From the NCBI GenBank assembly GCA_050949565.1, contig JBMNFY010000016.1, forward strand, positions 1-64,000: DNA of 64,000 bases. The letters are read 5' to 3'. Positions 56,152 to 64,000 of this stretch are shown here, piece after piece (the first letter of the stretch is position 1; each line of letters begins with the position of its first letter). The notes beneath the pieces are model-generated. The model was given only the letters and a program-made list of their open reading frames with translations, was not told the DNA's origin and searched no databases. The stretch comes from Kiritimatiellia bacterium (GTDB taxonomy: Bacteria > Verrucomicrobiota > Kiritimatiellia > RFP12 > UBA1067). Made by a program: the position numbers and the translations under genes.

Positions 56152-57579
56152 TCATTCGCTCTGGGCCTCAGCCTGCGGGTAGGGCAGAACCGGCGTCTGG
56201 AATTTCGCCAGCAACGCGTAGATCACCGCGCCGGCGAAGAAGGCCAGGATCAGGCTCAGCGGCAGCGGCTTGCCGAGGGGCAGCCCCCAGGCAACAAGCT
56301 GCGGCTGTGCGCCGATCACGAAGCCGACCAACCAAGCGATCCAGCCCGCCGGGTTGAAGCCCGCGCGCGGACCGCTCCAGCGGCCCTTGTTGATAAAGTA
56401 CTCGGCGACCATCGCGCCGCAGATCGGCCCGAAGGAGGCACCGAAGAAGCCGAAGATCACCGGCAGCTTGAGCGCCACACCGGTCACGGCCAGAATAATG
56501 GCGATCACGCAGCCGATACCGCAAGAAACCCAAGGGTTGACTTTGGGCAGTGTGGTCTTGATGGCGTTGGCCGCGATCAGTGAAGAGAAGCAGCAACTCG
56601 GAAAGGCACAGATAGCCAACAGGAAGGCCAACACGCCACCTGCTTTGTCGCCGAACAGATTGGCCAGAAGCGCGACAGGATCCAATACCACCTTGCCTTG
56701 CGCCATCAGCTCTTTGCCGGCCGCCGTGCCGTAGAAGCCGGCGACGATCAGAGCCGCGACGCCAGCGGTCAGGACGATCGCTCCGAGGATGCCGACCAGA
56801 CCTCCCATCACCACGTCTTTTTTGTTGCGTGCGTTGGTTCCAAAGTCCACGCCTGCCGCGCCAGCGGTGGCGGTGAAGCCGACGATGTGCGTGATCAGCG
56901 CAAAGATAATTGCCGTGCCGCCCAACGCCGGCAGCGCATCCGGATTACCTGCCTTGGCCGCCGCCACGAATGCAGCCGCATCAAATGAGCCGAGCCCGCC
57001 GATGGTTTTAGCCAGTGCCGCGAGCAGGACCAAGGCTGGCACGATCGGCAGCCAGGTGGAGATCATCGCCACATACTTGATGCCCCTGAGCGCCATCACG
57101 ACGCTGCCCACACCCCACACGATCATGATCGCATAGAGCCACGGCGATCCGGCCGGCAACTTCAGGAAAAGGTTCAGTGCGTAGGCCGCCCCCGCGATAT
57201 TGACCGCCACCCAACCGAACTGCAACAGTCCCATCAAGAAGCCGGGCAGGAAAAATCCGCCCTTCGCACCGAAGGTTGAGGAGCCGACGATGTAGAGCGG
57301 CAGGCCGGTCTTCTGGCCCAAACAGCCGAAAACATGGTAAAAGAGCAGGTAGCAGATCGCGCCGCCCGCTATGATGCCGAGCAGAGCCACCGGCCAGCCG
57401 GCTGCGAAGATGCCGCCCGCGTGCCCGCCCAGAAGCGAGGCGGTTCCGGACCAGAAGACGAACCACAGGAAGACGCCTGCGTAAGACGGGGCGATATTCT
57501 TGTACCACGGCGCACGGTTGGTGGCCGGATTAGGTTGTGCGCACTCCAGATAGGCAGGCACAGAGTTCTTCTCGTTCAT
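56152..57579 (-). CDS. NCS1/CodB-like permease
   Basis: ~12 hydrophobic segments; GQKTGLPLYIVGSSTFGAKG, QFGWVAVN, GPICGAMVAEY, GFNPAGWIAW; RBS AAGGAG. Confidence 0.85.
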   Translation of the reverse strand: MNEKNSVPAYLECAQPNPATNRAPWYKNIAPSYAGVFLWFVFWSGTASLLGGHAGGIFAAGWPVALLGIIAGGAICYLLFYHVFGCLGQKTGLPLYIVGSSTFGAKGGFFLPGFLMGLLQFGWVAVNIAGAAYALNLFLKLPAGSPWLYAIMIVWGVGSVVMALRGIKYVAMISTWLPIVPALVLLAALAKTIGGLGSFDAAAFVAAAKAGNPDALPALGGTAIIFALITHIVGFTATAGAAGVDFGTNARNKKDVVMGGLVGILGAIVLTAGVAALIVAGFYGTAAGKELMAQGKVVLDPVALLANLFGDKAGGVLAFLLAICAFPSCCFSSLIAANAIKTTLPKVNPWVSCGIGCVIAIILAVTGVALKLPVIFGFFGASFGPICGAMVAEYFINKGRWSGPRAGFNPAGWIAWLVGFVIGAQPQLVAWGLPLGKPLPLSLILAFFAGAVIYALLAKFQTPVLPYPQAEAQSE

Positions 57580-57653
57580 ACAAGACTCCTTTTCATGGTG
57601 ATGTCGGGTTTCTGCGGCGGACCTGCGCCGCACGCCTTCGCTTCCAGCGAATG

Positions 57654-57692
57654 GTGACTTATAGCGTAGGCGATACGTCAAAACGGGTCAAG
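57654..57692 (-). promoter_or_regulatory. Promoter/operator copy 1
   Basis: Minus strand TTGACC-cgttttgacgtatcgcc-TACGCT; near-identical to 62865-62903. Confidence 0.7.
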
Positions 57693-57709
57693 CGTTTCTG
57701 TGGTAACAC

Positions 57710-60700
57710 TCAAAGCTTACCGTTCAAATGTGTAAGCGAGATCAGGTTGGCAGGCGGCTCATAGATTTTTTCTAGGCTGACATCATCAAAGGCCGTCCAC
57801 GCGCCCGGCGACTGCTTGGGGGCCCCAAGAAGAATCAGGGCGGTGGCCGGTTGATTGGGTGCCGAAAAGATGACGCTGCATTTAACCCACTGGTTCTCAC
57901 ACTCCGGCGGATAGGCGACCGCTATCGCGCTACCGTGATCAAGCCAGCCGCTTTTGCCCTGCATGCGTACGCTCGCCGATCCCATGCCGAAGCCCTCGTC
58001 GCCCCGGTTGCGCCTGACCCAGAATGTCAGGCGGTAGCGACGGTTCGGTTGCAGCCCGACGTATGAGACGAGCGAGCCGCGGATTTGCAGTTCACCGATG
58101 GCACAAGAGGCCGCGCCGCTGTGCGCGGTTTCGGTGTTCAGGAAGAACCGGGTGGTCGAATTGGGGAAGGAGTCTGATGACCAGCCCGGCACGCCCTCAA
58201 GGCGGGTCGGGTAGGGGGGCTCGTGACCTGCTCCGGTGCCCTCTTCAAACGAGGGATTGCGCACCAGATTCGTAAGCGTGTTCTGGTGCATGTAGACTTG
58301 CGTGTACAGGGCGGCGCGGGCTCGCTTGTCCAAACAGGCCTGAGCGCGCTCCCGATAGAAAGCGGGTAAATCCTGTCCACTTGCCGAGAGATAGGCGCTG
58401 AGCCGCTCGAGGGCGGGTTCGCTGTGCAGCTCGAAGTTGGGTTGCGGCAAGAGGTAGGAAAAGGTTTTCAGCTTCTCCAGGCCGTTGTTTTCCGGGTCGA
58501 TGAAGACCAGGCTCTCCTCTTCGGCGCTCATGGTGTAGGCCTCGGAATCCGCGATGGTTTGATAGCCTTGTTTGACGAGATCGACCAGTCTTTCAGCCGT
58601 CGCATTTGAGTCGATGCTTTGTATGGCATCCAGTTCACGGGCTAAGATATTGCCCTGAATGCGCAGACTGGAAAAACGCCAGAGCTTCTTTAAGACATGG
58701 AGCCGTTGTTGGGGCAGCCCCTGCAGCGCGATCTGGCTGGCAGCTTCCAACTCCTGATCCAGAACTTGCAGGTCCTCCCGTGTGTACTCGTCCATCTGAG
58801 CGAATTTTTGCCATCCGCGCATCGGTGTTTTCCAATCCGTTTTACGCCAGTAGACCTGCTCGTGTCTGTCGAAGAAGCGCTTGACCGGTTGGGCCGCCTC
58901 TTGGTACATGCAGGTGAAGAAATCGTTCAGGAGTCCCTCGACATCGGCATTTATGTTCCATGCGATTTCATCGAGCACGTATTGTCTGGGCGCGTCGAAA
59001 ACGCCGGTGACCGGATAGAGTTCCATCCACATGGTCTGCAGGTTGTATTCTGCTTTGGCCTCCCGCCAGGCACTTGCCATGGCTCTGGGATAATATCGCG
59101 GCGTGACATAGCCGTTGCCAAACGTGTAGATGTAGTCGTAAAGCCCGAAGTTCGTGACGCTGCTATCACGCCAGGCCGGGAAGAGATTGAAGGCGCCCTC
59201 TTTGCCGATGCCGGTGATTTCCACGAGGATATTGGAGGCCATGGTGACACCTTGGGGCGCCTGGCTGGCTGCGGCGCTGTAGGCGATGAAGCTGATCAGC
59301 TTGCCCGGATGGCTGTTCGTCAACGCTGCGGCGGCCTCGTTATAGAATCTGGCGTACTGATTGCCGGTCTGCTCCAGTTCGGCCCTGCACCCCGGGCACT
59401 GGCAGTCGCCGGCACCGTCATTGACCCCCATGGGCAGTCCTATGCGGTCCGGATGCGCGCTAAAGTATGCGTTCGCATACTCAGCCACGAGTCCGGGCAG
59501 GTCAGGCCTGAGACTCGTTACGCAGGGATTCCAAGGGCCGTTAATCTTGCCATCAACCACCGCGACGCGCGCGCCGTTGATCATGGGGAAGTACTCGGGG
59601 TGCGACTCACCATATTTTGCCGGCGGCACCAGTTGATCTAACGCATGGGTGGCCTGGCAGGTCAAACGGGAGTTGCGTCCGAAAACTGCGGCACCACCGG
59701 CCCACGCTACGATGTAGGAGTGTATGGAGGGTTCTTCACGAAATTCCAATGTGGCGGGAAGCACGAGCGTCTGCTGCGCCGGGATGATTTCGTTCAGCGC
59801 CGGCGTACCGAGAAAGCGCCTGTAACCCAGATAGCGCTTGAGAAAATCGATCACGGCATAGTTCGTGCCGGCGTCGTTTTTTCCAGCCAGTACGAGGTTT
59901 TTGCCATCACGCATGACGATGTAATAGCCATAGGGATGCAGGGAATCGAAGTCCAAGCTCAGGCTGTTGACGTAGGCCGTTCGTCCGACGTGTATCAGCA
60001 GGTTGGTTCCGCCGATAATGGGGGCGAAATTGGTTGCCGTCAGCAACTGCGGCAACAGAGTATTCAGCGCCGAACTTCGGCTGTCCGATGCCAAGGCCAC
60101 ATGCATCACTTGGCCAGCGACGGTGGCGGCCTGATTATTGTCCGGCAAGGGGAAGAGACGATCTAGCTCGCTGGGTTGCAGCAGCGTGGTCAGTAACGTC
60201 CGGAGGGCCTCGGCATACTTGGGGTGGTCTACGGGAGCGTGGGCGGTATAAATCAGCGCTCCCGCGCCGATGCGGTTGACGCCCAGTTTGGCGACCGCTT
60301 CCGTACCCATTAAAACCGCCATGTTGGATAAATCACCTAGGCCCGGTTGGGCATACGGCAAGCCGACATACGGGTTGTGTTCTTCCGTGAACAGTTCCAG
60401 ACCCACACCGCGTAGCTCAGAATTGGGGTTGCCATACACATAGCTTTGAGCACCCAGCAAATCGGCGGCCGGACTCAGATCAAAGATATTCCCCTCTCGG
60501 TGAAAAGCCTGAGTAGGTGCACCCGCACAGAGGAAAAACAGACCCCCGTTCTGCACGAACTCAAGCAAGGTTTGAATATTTTCGGCTGACTGTGGGAAGT
60601 CTCCCCCTAGTTGGGACCAGACGATGATCTTCGTGCCTGCTGCCGGCAGGGTGAAATCATCATGTGAGGCAAATTCTGTGAAAAGCCCCGCAAAGGCAGT

Positions 60701-60817
60701 TTTGAACGCATCACAATTGCCCGAAAACTCAGCCTGCTCCAAAGCGAAACTGTGTATGACGCATGACAGAACGGAGATAAGAAAAACACGTCGCAACATG
60801 TCTGGTTTCTCGCTCAC
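57710..60817 (-). CDS. DUF4838-domain protein with C-terminal CBM4/9-like domain
   Basis: GTNYAVIDFL..LG.R; YGESHPEYFP..NG.R; GVNDG..CQCPGC; FIAY; NLVRNPSFE; start is GTG 60817 (coupled to GH97) or ATG 60799. Confidence 0.8.
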   Translation of the reverse strand: MSEKPDMLRRVFLISVLSCVIHSFALEQAEFSGNCDAFKTAFAGLFTEFASHDDFTLPAAGTKIIVWSQLGGDFPQSAENIQTLLEFVQNGGLFFLCAGAPTQAFHREGNIFDLSPAADLLGAQSYVYGNPNSELRGVGLELFTEEHNPYVGLPYAQPGLGDLSNMAVLMGTEAVAKLGVNRIGAGALIYTAHAPVDHPKYAEALRTLLTTLLQPSELDRLFPLPDNNQAATVAGQVMHVALASDSRSSALNTLLPQLLTATNFAPIIGGTNLLIHVGRTAYVNSLSLDFDSLHPYGYYIVMRDGKNLVLAGKNDAGTNYAVIDFLKRYLGYRRFLGTPALNEIIPAQQTLVLPATLEFREEPSIHSYIVAWAGGAAVFGRNSRLTCQATHALDQLVPPAKYGESHPEYFPMINGARVAVVDGKINGPWNPCVTSLRPDLPGLVAEYANAYFSAHPDRIGLPMGVNDGAGDCQCPGCRAELEQTGNQYARFYNEAAAALTNSHPGKLISFIAYSAAASQAPQGVTMASNILVEITGIGKEGAFNLFPAWRDSSVTNFGLYDYIYTFGNGYVTPRYYPRAMASAWREAKAEYNLQTMWMELYPVTGVFDAPRQYVLDEIAWNINADVEGLLNDFFTCMYQEAAQPVKRFFDRHEQVYWRKTDWKTPMRGWQKFAQMDEYTREDLQVLDQELEAASQIALQGLPQQRLHVLKKLWRFSSLRIQGNILARELDAIQSIDSNATAERLVDLVKQGYQTIADSEAYTMSAEEESLVFIDPENNGLEKLKTFSYLLPQPNFELHSEPALERLSAYLSASGQDLPAFYRERAQACLDKRARAALYTQVYMHQNTLTNLVRNPSFEEGTGAGHEPPYPTRLEGVPGWSSDSFPNSTTRFFLNTETAHSGAASCAIGELQIRGSLVSYVGLQPNRRYRLTFWVRRNRGDEGFGMGSASVRMQGKSGWLDHGSAIAVAYPPECENQWVKCSVIFSAPNQPATALILLGAPKQSPGAWTAFDDVSLEKIYEPPANLISLTHLNGKL

Positions 60818-62826
60818 TGTTTCGTGAACCGGACGGTGAACCCTCCGCCGGGTGCCATGCGGAAAAGAATCCGGTCGCCTGCCCGTACGGACCGCGTCTC
60901 GCGCACAAACTTCGTCGGCTCCGCAACCGAATCGGGCGCGTCGCGGAAAATTTCCGCCGACCAGTTCCCCGCACCGAGAAAGCCGGTGTCGAGTTCAAAG
61001 TCATGCGCCGCCGCGCTTGAAATGCCAGCGGCGTACCAGACCTCGCCTTTCCGCCGTGCTACCGCCGCAAACGTTTCCGGTGTGCCGCCGAGTCCGACCG
61101 TATCGTCCCACACGACCGGAACCGCCGCCATGAAGCGGAAACACTCCATGTTCTTTTCGTAGCGGGTCGGGCTGTCGCAAAGCATCTGCAACGGTGCCTC
61201 GCAGAGCGTCATCATCGCCATCTGGCGGCTGCGTGTGCCCATCGATCCGGGATGCTTCCAGTCTCCCGTATACTTGCCGACCGGATAGTTGAGCATCGCC
61301 CCCGGCGTATAATCCATCGGTCCCGCCGTCAGCCGTCCGAAAAAGCTTTTCACGTCGTTTCCGAGAATATCCTGCCCCTTGTAGAACTTCATCTGTTCGA
61401 GCCCGTGAATCCCCTCGTAATTGAGCACGTTGGGATAAGCGCGGCTCATCCCCGTCGGACGGTGCACGCCGTGGTAATCGACCAACATCTGATTGCGCGC
61501 ACAGGCATCCGCGAACTTCCAGAGAAAACGCTCGGCCTCCGCATCACCGCGATCCATGAAGTCAACTTTGAATCCCTTCGCGCCGAGTTTCGCGAAATGT
61601 GATGCCACAAGGTCCTCTTTGCCGTAAATCTGAGCCCATGCCATCCACAGAATGATCCCCACGCCCTTTTTGTTCGCGTAGTCGATGAGATGCGGGACAT
61701 CCACGTCAGGATGAAACTTCCAGATGTTGAGCGCTTCGCTCCACCCCTCGTCGAAAATCACGTACTCGACACCGGTTCTCGCCGCGAAATCGATATAATA
61801 CTCGTAACTCTTCGTATTGCATCCCGCCTTGAACGGCACGCCTTCGAGATGCCAATCGTTCCACCAGTCCCAAGCGACCTTGCCCGGTTTTACCCAGGAA
61901 AACTCGCTGCCGGACGTTGCGGGACGCGCCAGCGCATAGACCAGATCCGCCTCGCAAAGCTGCGCGGGTTTGTCGGCAAGGACAAACGTACGCCACGGGA
62001 ATGGGCGCGTGCCGTCGGTTTCGACCAGATATCCGTCATGCTCAAGCACCTTGAGCCAGCGTCCACCCTCCTTGAGACCGTGATCCTCCGGTTTGCCCCC
62101 CCAGCCGCCAACGCGCTCCGTCCGCTTCGGCCAGCCGGCGAATACAGACTGGAACACCACCGGGACCGCCGTAGCATCGGCACGCTCAAAATTCCAGATG
62201 GGATAGTCAAATACGTCACTCTCGGTAATCGCGAGGGTTTTGCCGCGGACAGAACAAACCACGGGCAGATAGGCCACCTTCTTCCCTTTGCCGCCGGTCA
62301 CGACATCCTTCGCCGCCAGCGTTTCAGTGACGGTTTCCTCACACCCGAACGCATCGGTGAAATTCACCTGACACACGGCGGACGCTTCCGGAATGGTCAC
62401 ATACGCCTTTTCTCCGTCGACCCGGATCCGGCCGGGCATCGTGGTCTCGAACCGATAGGCCACGCCATCGTTCCGGGCGGCAAGCCGAACGCCCCACTTC
62501 CCGAAATCGACAAACGTCTCATTCCGCTCAAGGTTCACCGTCCCCTTCTTGTACACGGGTGACTTTTCAATCCCGGACACGGTTCCGGTCTTGACCTTCG
62601 GTGCCGCCCCTTTTCCGGCAAGGAGCACACCGTCCACTGTCATCCCGATTTCCGAAGGAGCGACCAGAACCTGCCCGTCCCGGAGCACGTCATAGGCAAG
62701 GGGTTCTAAATAGAGCCGGATCTGATTCCGCCCGTCGGGCGAAGAAGCCGTCGCAACTCTCTCCGCTGCTTTCGCGCAAACGCAACATCCCGCCACCATC
62801 GCCAGTATCACCGTGTTTCGTATCAT
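60814..62826 (-). CDS. Glycoside hydrolase family 97
   Basis: SPDG, NDGVAYRF, WVKPGKVAWDWW, YIDFAA, GFKVDFMDR, EGIHGLE, GPMDYTPG. Confidence 0.95.
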   Translation of the reverse strand: MIRNTVILAMVAGCCVCAKAAERVATASSPDGRNQIRLYLEPLAYDVLRDGQVLVAPSEIGMTVDGVLLAGKGAAPKVKTGTVSGIEKSPVYKKGTVNLERNETFVDFGKWGVRLAARNDGVAYRFETTMPGRIRVDGEKAYVTIPEASAVCQVNFTDAFGCEETVTETLAAKDVVTGGKGKKVAYLPVVCSVRGKTLAITESDVFDYPIWNFERADATAVPVVFQSVFAGWPKRTERVGGWGGKPEDHGLKEGGRWLKVLEHDGYLVETDGTRPFPWRTFVLADKPAQLCEADLVYALARPATSGSEFSWVKPGKVAWDWWNDWHLEGVPFKAGCNTKSYEYYIDFAARTGVEYVIFDEGWSEALNIWKFHPDVDVPHLIDYANKKGVGIILWMAWAQIYGKEDLVASHFAKLGAKGFKVDFMDRGDAEAERFLWKFADACARNQMLVDYHGVHRPTGMSRAYPNVLNYEGIHGLEQMKFYKGQDILGNDVKSFFGRLTAGPMDYTPGAMLNYPVGKYTGDWKHPGSMGTRSRQMAMMTLCEAPLQMLCDSPTRYEKNMECFRFMAAVPVVWDDTVGLGGTPETFAAVARRKGEVWYAAGISSAAAHDFELDTGFLGAGNWSAEIFRDAPDSVAEPTKFVRETRSVRAGDRILFRMAPGGGFTVRFTKQ

Positions 62827-62864
62827 TTCGTTTACTCCTTAAATCCGTCCCCATCGTTTTCTGG

Positions 62865-62903
62865 GTGGCCTATAGCGTAGGCGACATGTCAAAGCGGGTC
62901 AAG
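62865..62903 (-). promoter_or_regulatory. Promoter/operator copy 2
   Basis: Minus strand TTGACC-cgctttgacatgtcgcc-TACGCT. Confidence 0.7.
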
Positions 62904-62998
62904 TGCGATTCAATTGCGATTCAACCGTTGCGAGACGCGCCCGACTCTAGTACCATGACGATCATTGATGACGGACGGTTGAGGAGACGGGTGAAAGC

Positions 62999-64000
62999 GT
63001 GTACGGCTTCAAGGATCTTTGGACGCGGGCGAAGACGAGCCTTTGGCGTTGGCTAGACCGCCAGCCGCTGTTGACGGCTACGGCGTGTCTGCTGGCCGGG
63101 ATCGTGTGCGGTTACCGGATCGACGCGCCGTGGGTCGCCATGGCCGCTGCCGCGTTGTTGTGCGTGTGCGCAGCGATCTTTATGCGTACCCCGCTGTGGC
63201 GCATCTTTGTCGCGCTCTGTATCTTGCTGGTCGGTTGGACACTGGCGACGCGCGACAAGGCCGGCCGCGACGACGAGGCGCACCGCTTTCGCGCGCTCGC
63301 TCAACCACAGACTTACGTCTGCCGCGTGGGGCCGGAGGTGACCGTCCAGCCGTTGCGCGGGCATGCGGCCAAACACACCTTTCGTGCCGAAAAATTGCGC
63401 ACCGAGGACGGTACCTTCGCCTGCCGTCATCTGCCGGCGGAGGTCACTTGGTTCGGCGCGGCAGAAGAGGCGACCGGCACGACGCCGCAACCCGGCGAGA
63501 TCTGGCGTATACGCGGTTCGGGGCGCGTGCGTAAGAAACGCAACGGTTTGCAATATCTGGCTCTCAACAGCGGCGAGGATCGCGCCACCCGACTGGCGGA
63601 GATCAGTCCGTCGGCCTGGCGCGCGCGTGTTGCGAACGCCCGCCGTACTGCGTCCCGGCGCGTGGTGATCGGCATCGAGACGTGGGGCGACATCCCGGCG
63701 CTGAATCAGGCGATGTTGCTGGGCAACCGCCATGTGATGCCGCCTGCGTTGCGCCGCGTCTTTGTGGATTCTGGCACGATCCATGTCTACTCCATCTCCG
63801 GCCTGCATATCGTTCTGGTGGCCACCGTGCTGAGCCTCGCCGTTTCTGCCTGCGGCATCCCACGTACCTACTGGGTCTTGGTGAGCGGCCCGCTTCTGAT
63901 CTTCTATACGGCGCTTACCGGTGCGCGGCCGCCTGCGGTGCGCGCCTGTCTGATGGCGTTGCTCTATCTGGCCGCGCCGCTGATTGGTCGCCGTCCGAAC
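62999..64000 (+). CDS. comEC: ComEC/Rec2 competence protein (runs off the window end)
   Basis: Open frame from GTG 62999 (not in the ORF track): RQPLL..TM..; AMLLG..FVDSGTIHVYSISGLHI; YTALTGARPPAVRACLM. Confidence 0.85.
   Translation, partial: MYGFKDLWTRAKTSLWRWLDRQPLLTATACLLAGIVCGYRIDAPWVAMAAAALLCVCAAIFMRTPLWRIFVALCILLVGWTLATRDKAGRDDEAHRFRALAQPQTYVCRVGPEVTVQPLRGHAAKHTFRAEKLRTEDGTFACRHLPAEVTWFGAAEEATGTTPQPGEIWRIRGSGRVRKKRNGLQYLALNSGEDRATRLAEISPSAWRARVANARRTASRRVVIGIETWGDIPALNQAMLLGNRHVMPPALRRVFVDSGTIHVYSISGLHIVLVATVLSLAVSACGIPRTYWVLVSGPLLIFYTALTGARPPAVRACLMALLYLAAPLIGRRPN

Overview
High-GC bacterial chromosome segment, most likely from a PVC-superphylum carbohydrate degrader (Kiritimatiellae/Lentisphaerae-like). 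This is inferred from the DUF4838, DUF1080, HzsA-like, DUF5107 and PA14/beta-strand surface proteins and their C-terminal motifs. Housekeeping genes: tRNA-Phe(GAA), mnmA, folC, an aminotransferase, a NUDIX hydrolase, comEC (partial) and a MacAB-TolC-type exporter. Sugar genes: rhaA, class II aldolase, secreted GalM, GH97, GH99-like, GHL10-like, beta-helix and NagX-like proteins. Also present are a stand-alone MmeI/YeeA-type R-M enzyme and an AAA-DUF4143 ATPase. About 16.6-30.6 kb and 53.3-53.9 kb are full of frameshifts, probably read-consensus errors. Most notable observations: (1) many intergenic regions are built from a small kit of 7-/9-nt-periodic and REP-like modules that often supply the stop codon of the adjacent gene and bracket single-gene cassettes, e.g. 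a stand-alone RNA-ligase-type OB-fold gene between ~175-bp direct repeats; (2) an apparent single-polypeptide TPR + PgaB-like deacetylase + beta-barrel protein behind an SGNH gene; (3) an apparent DUF5107-TPR/glycoside-hydrolase fusion; (4) a duplicated promoter shared by GH97 and an NCS1 permease; (5) a 372-bp tandem duplication and a likely rearrangement breakpoint around a start-less GHL10-like gene. All family names come from motif recognition by eye; no database search was run.
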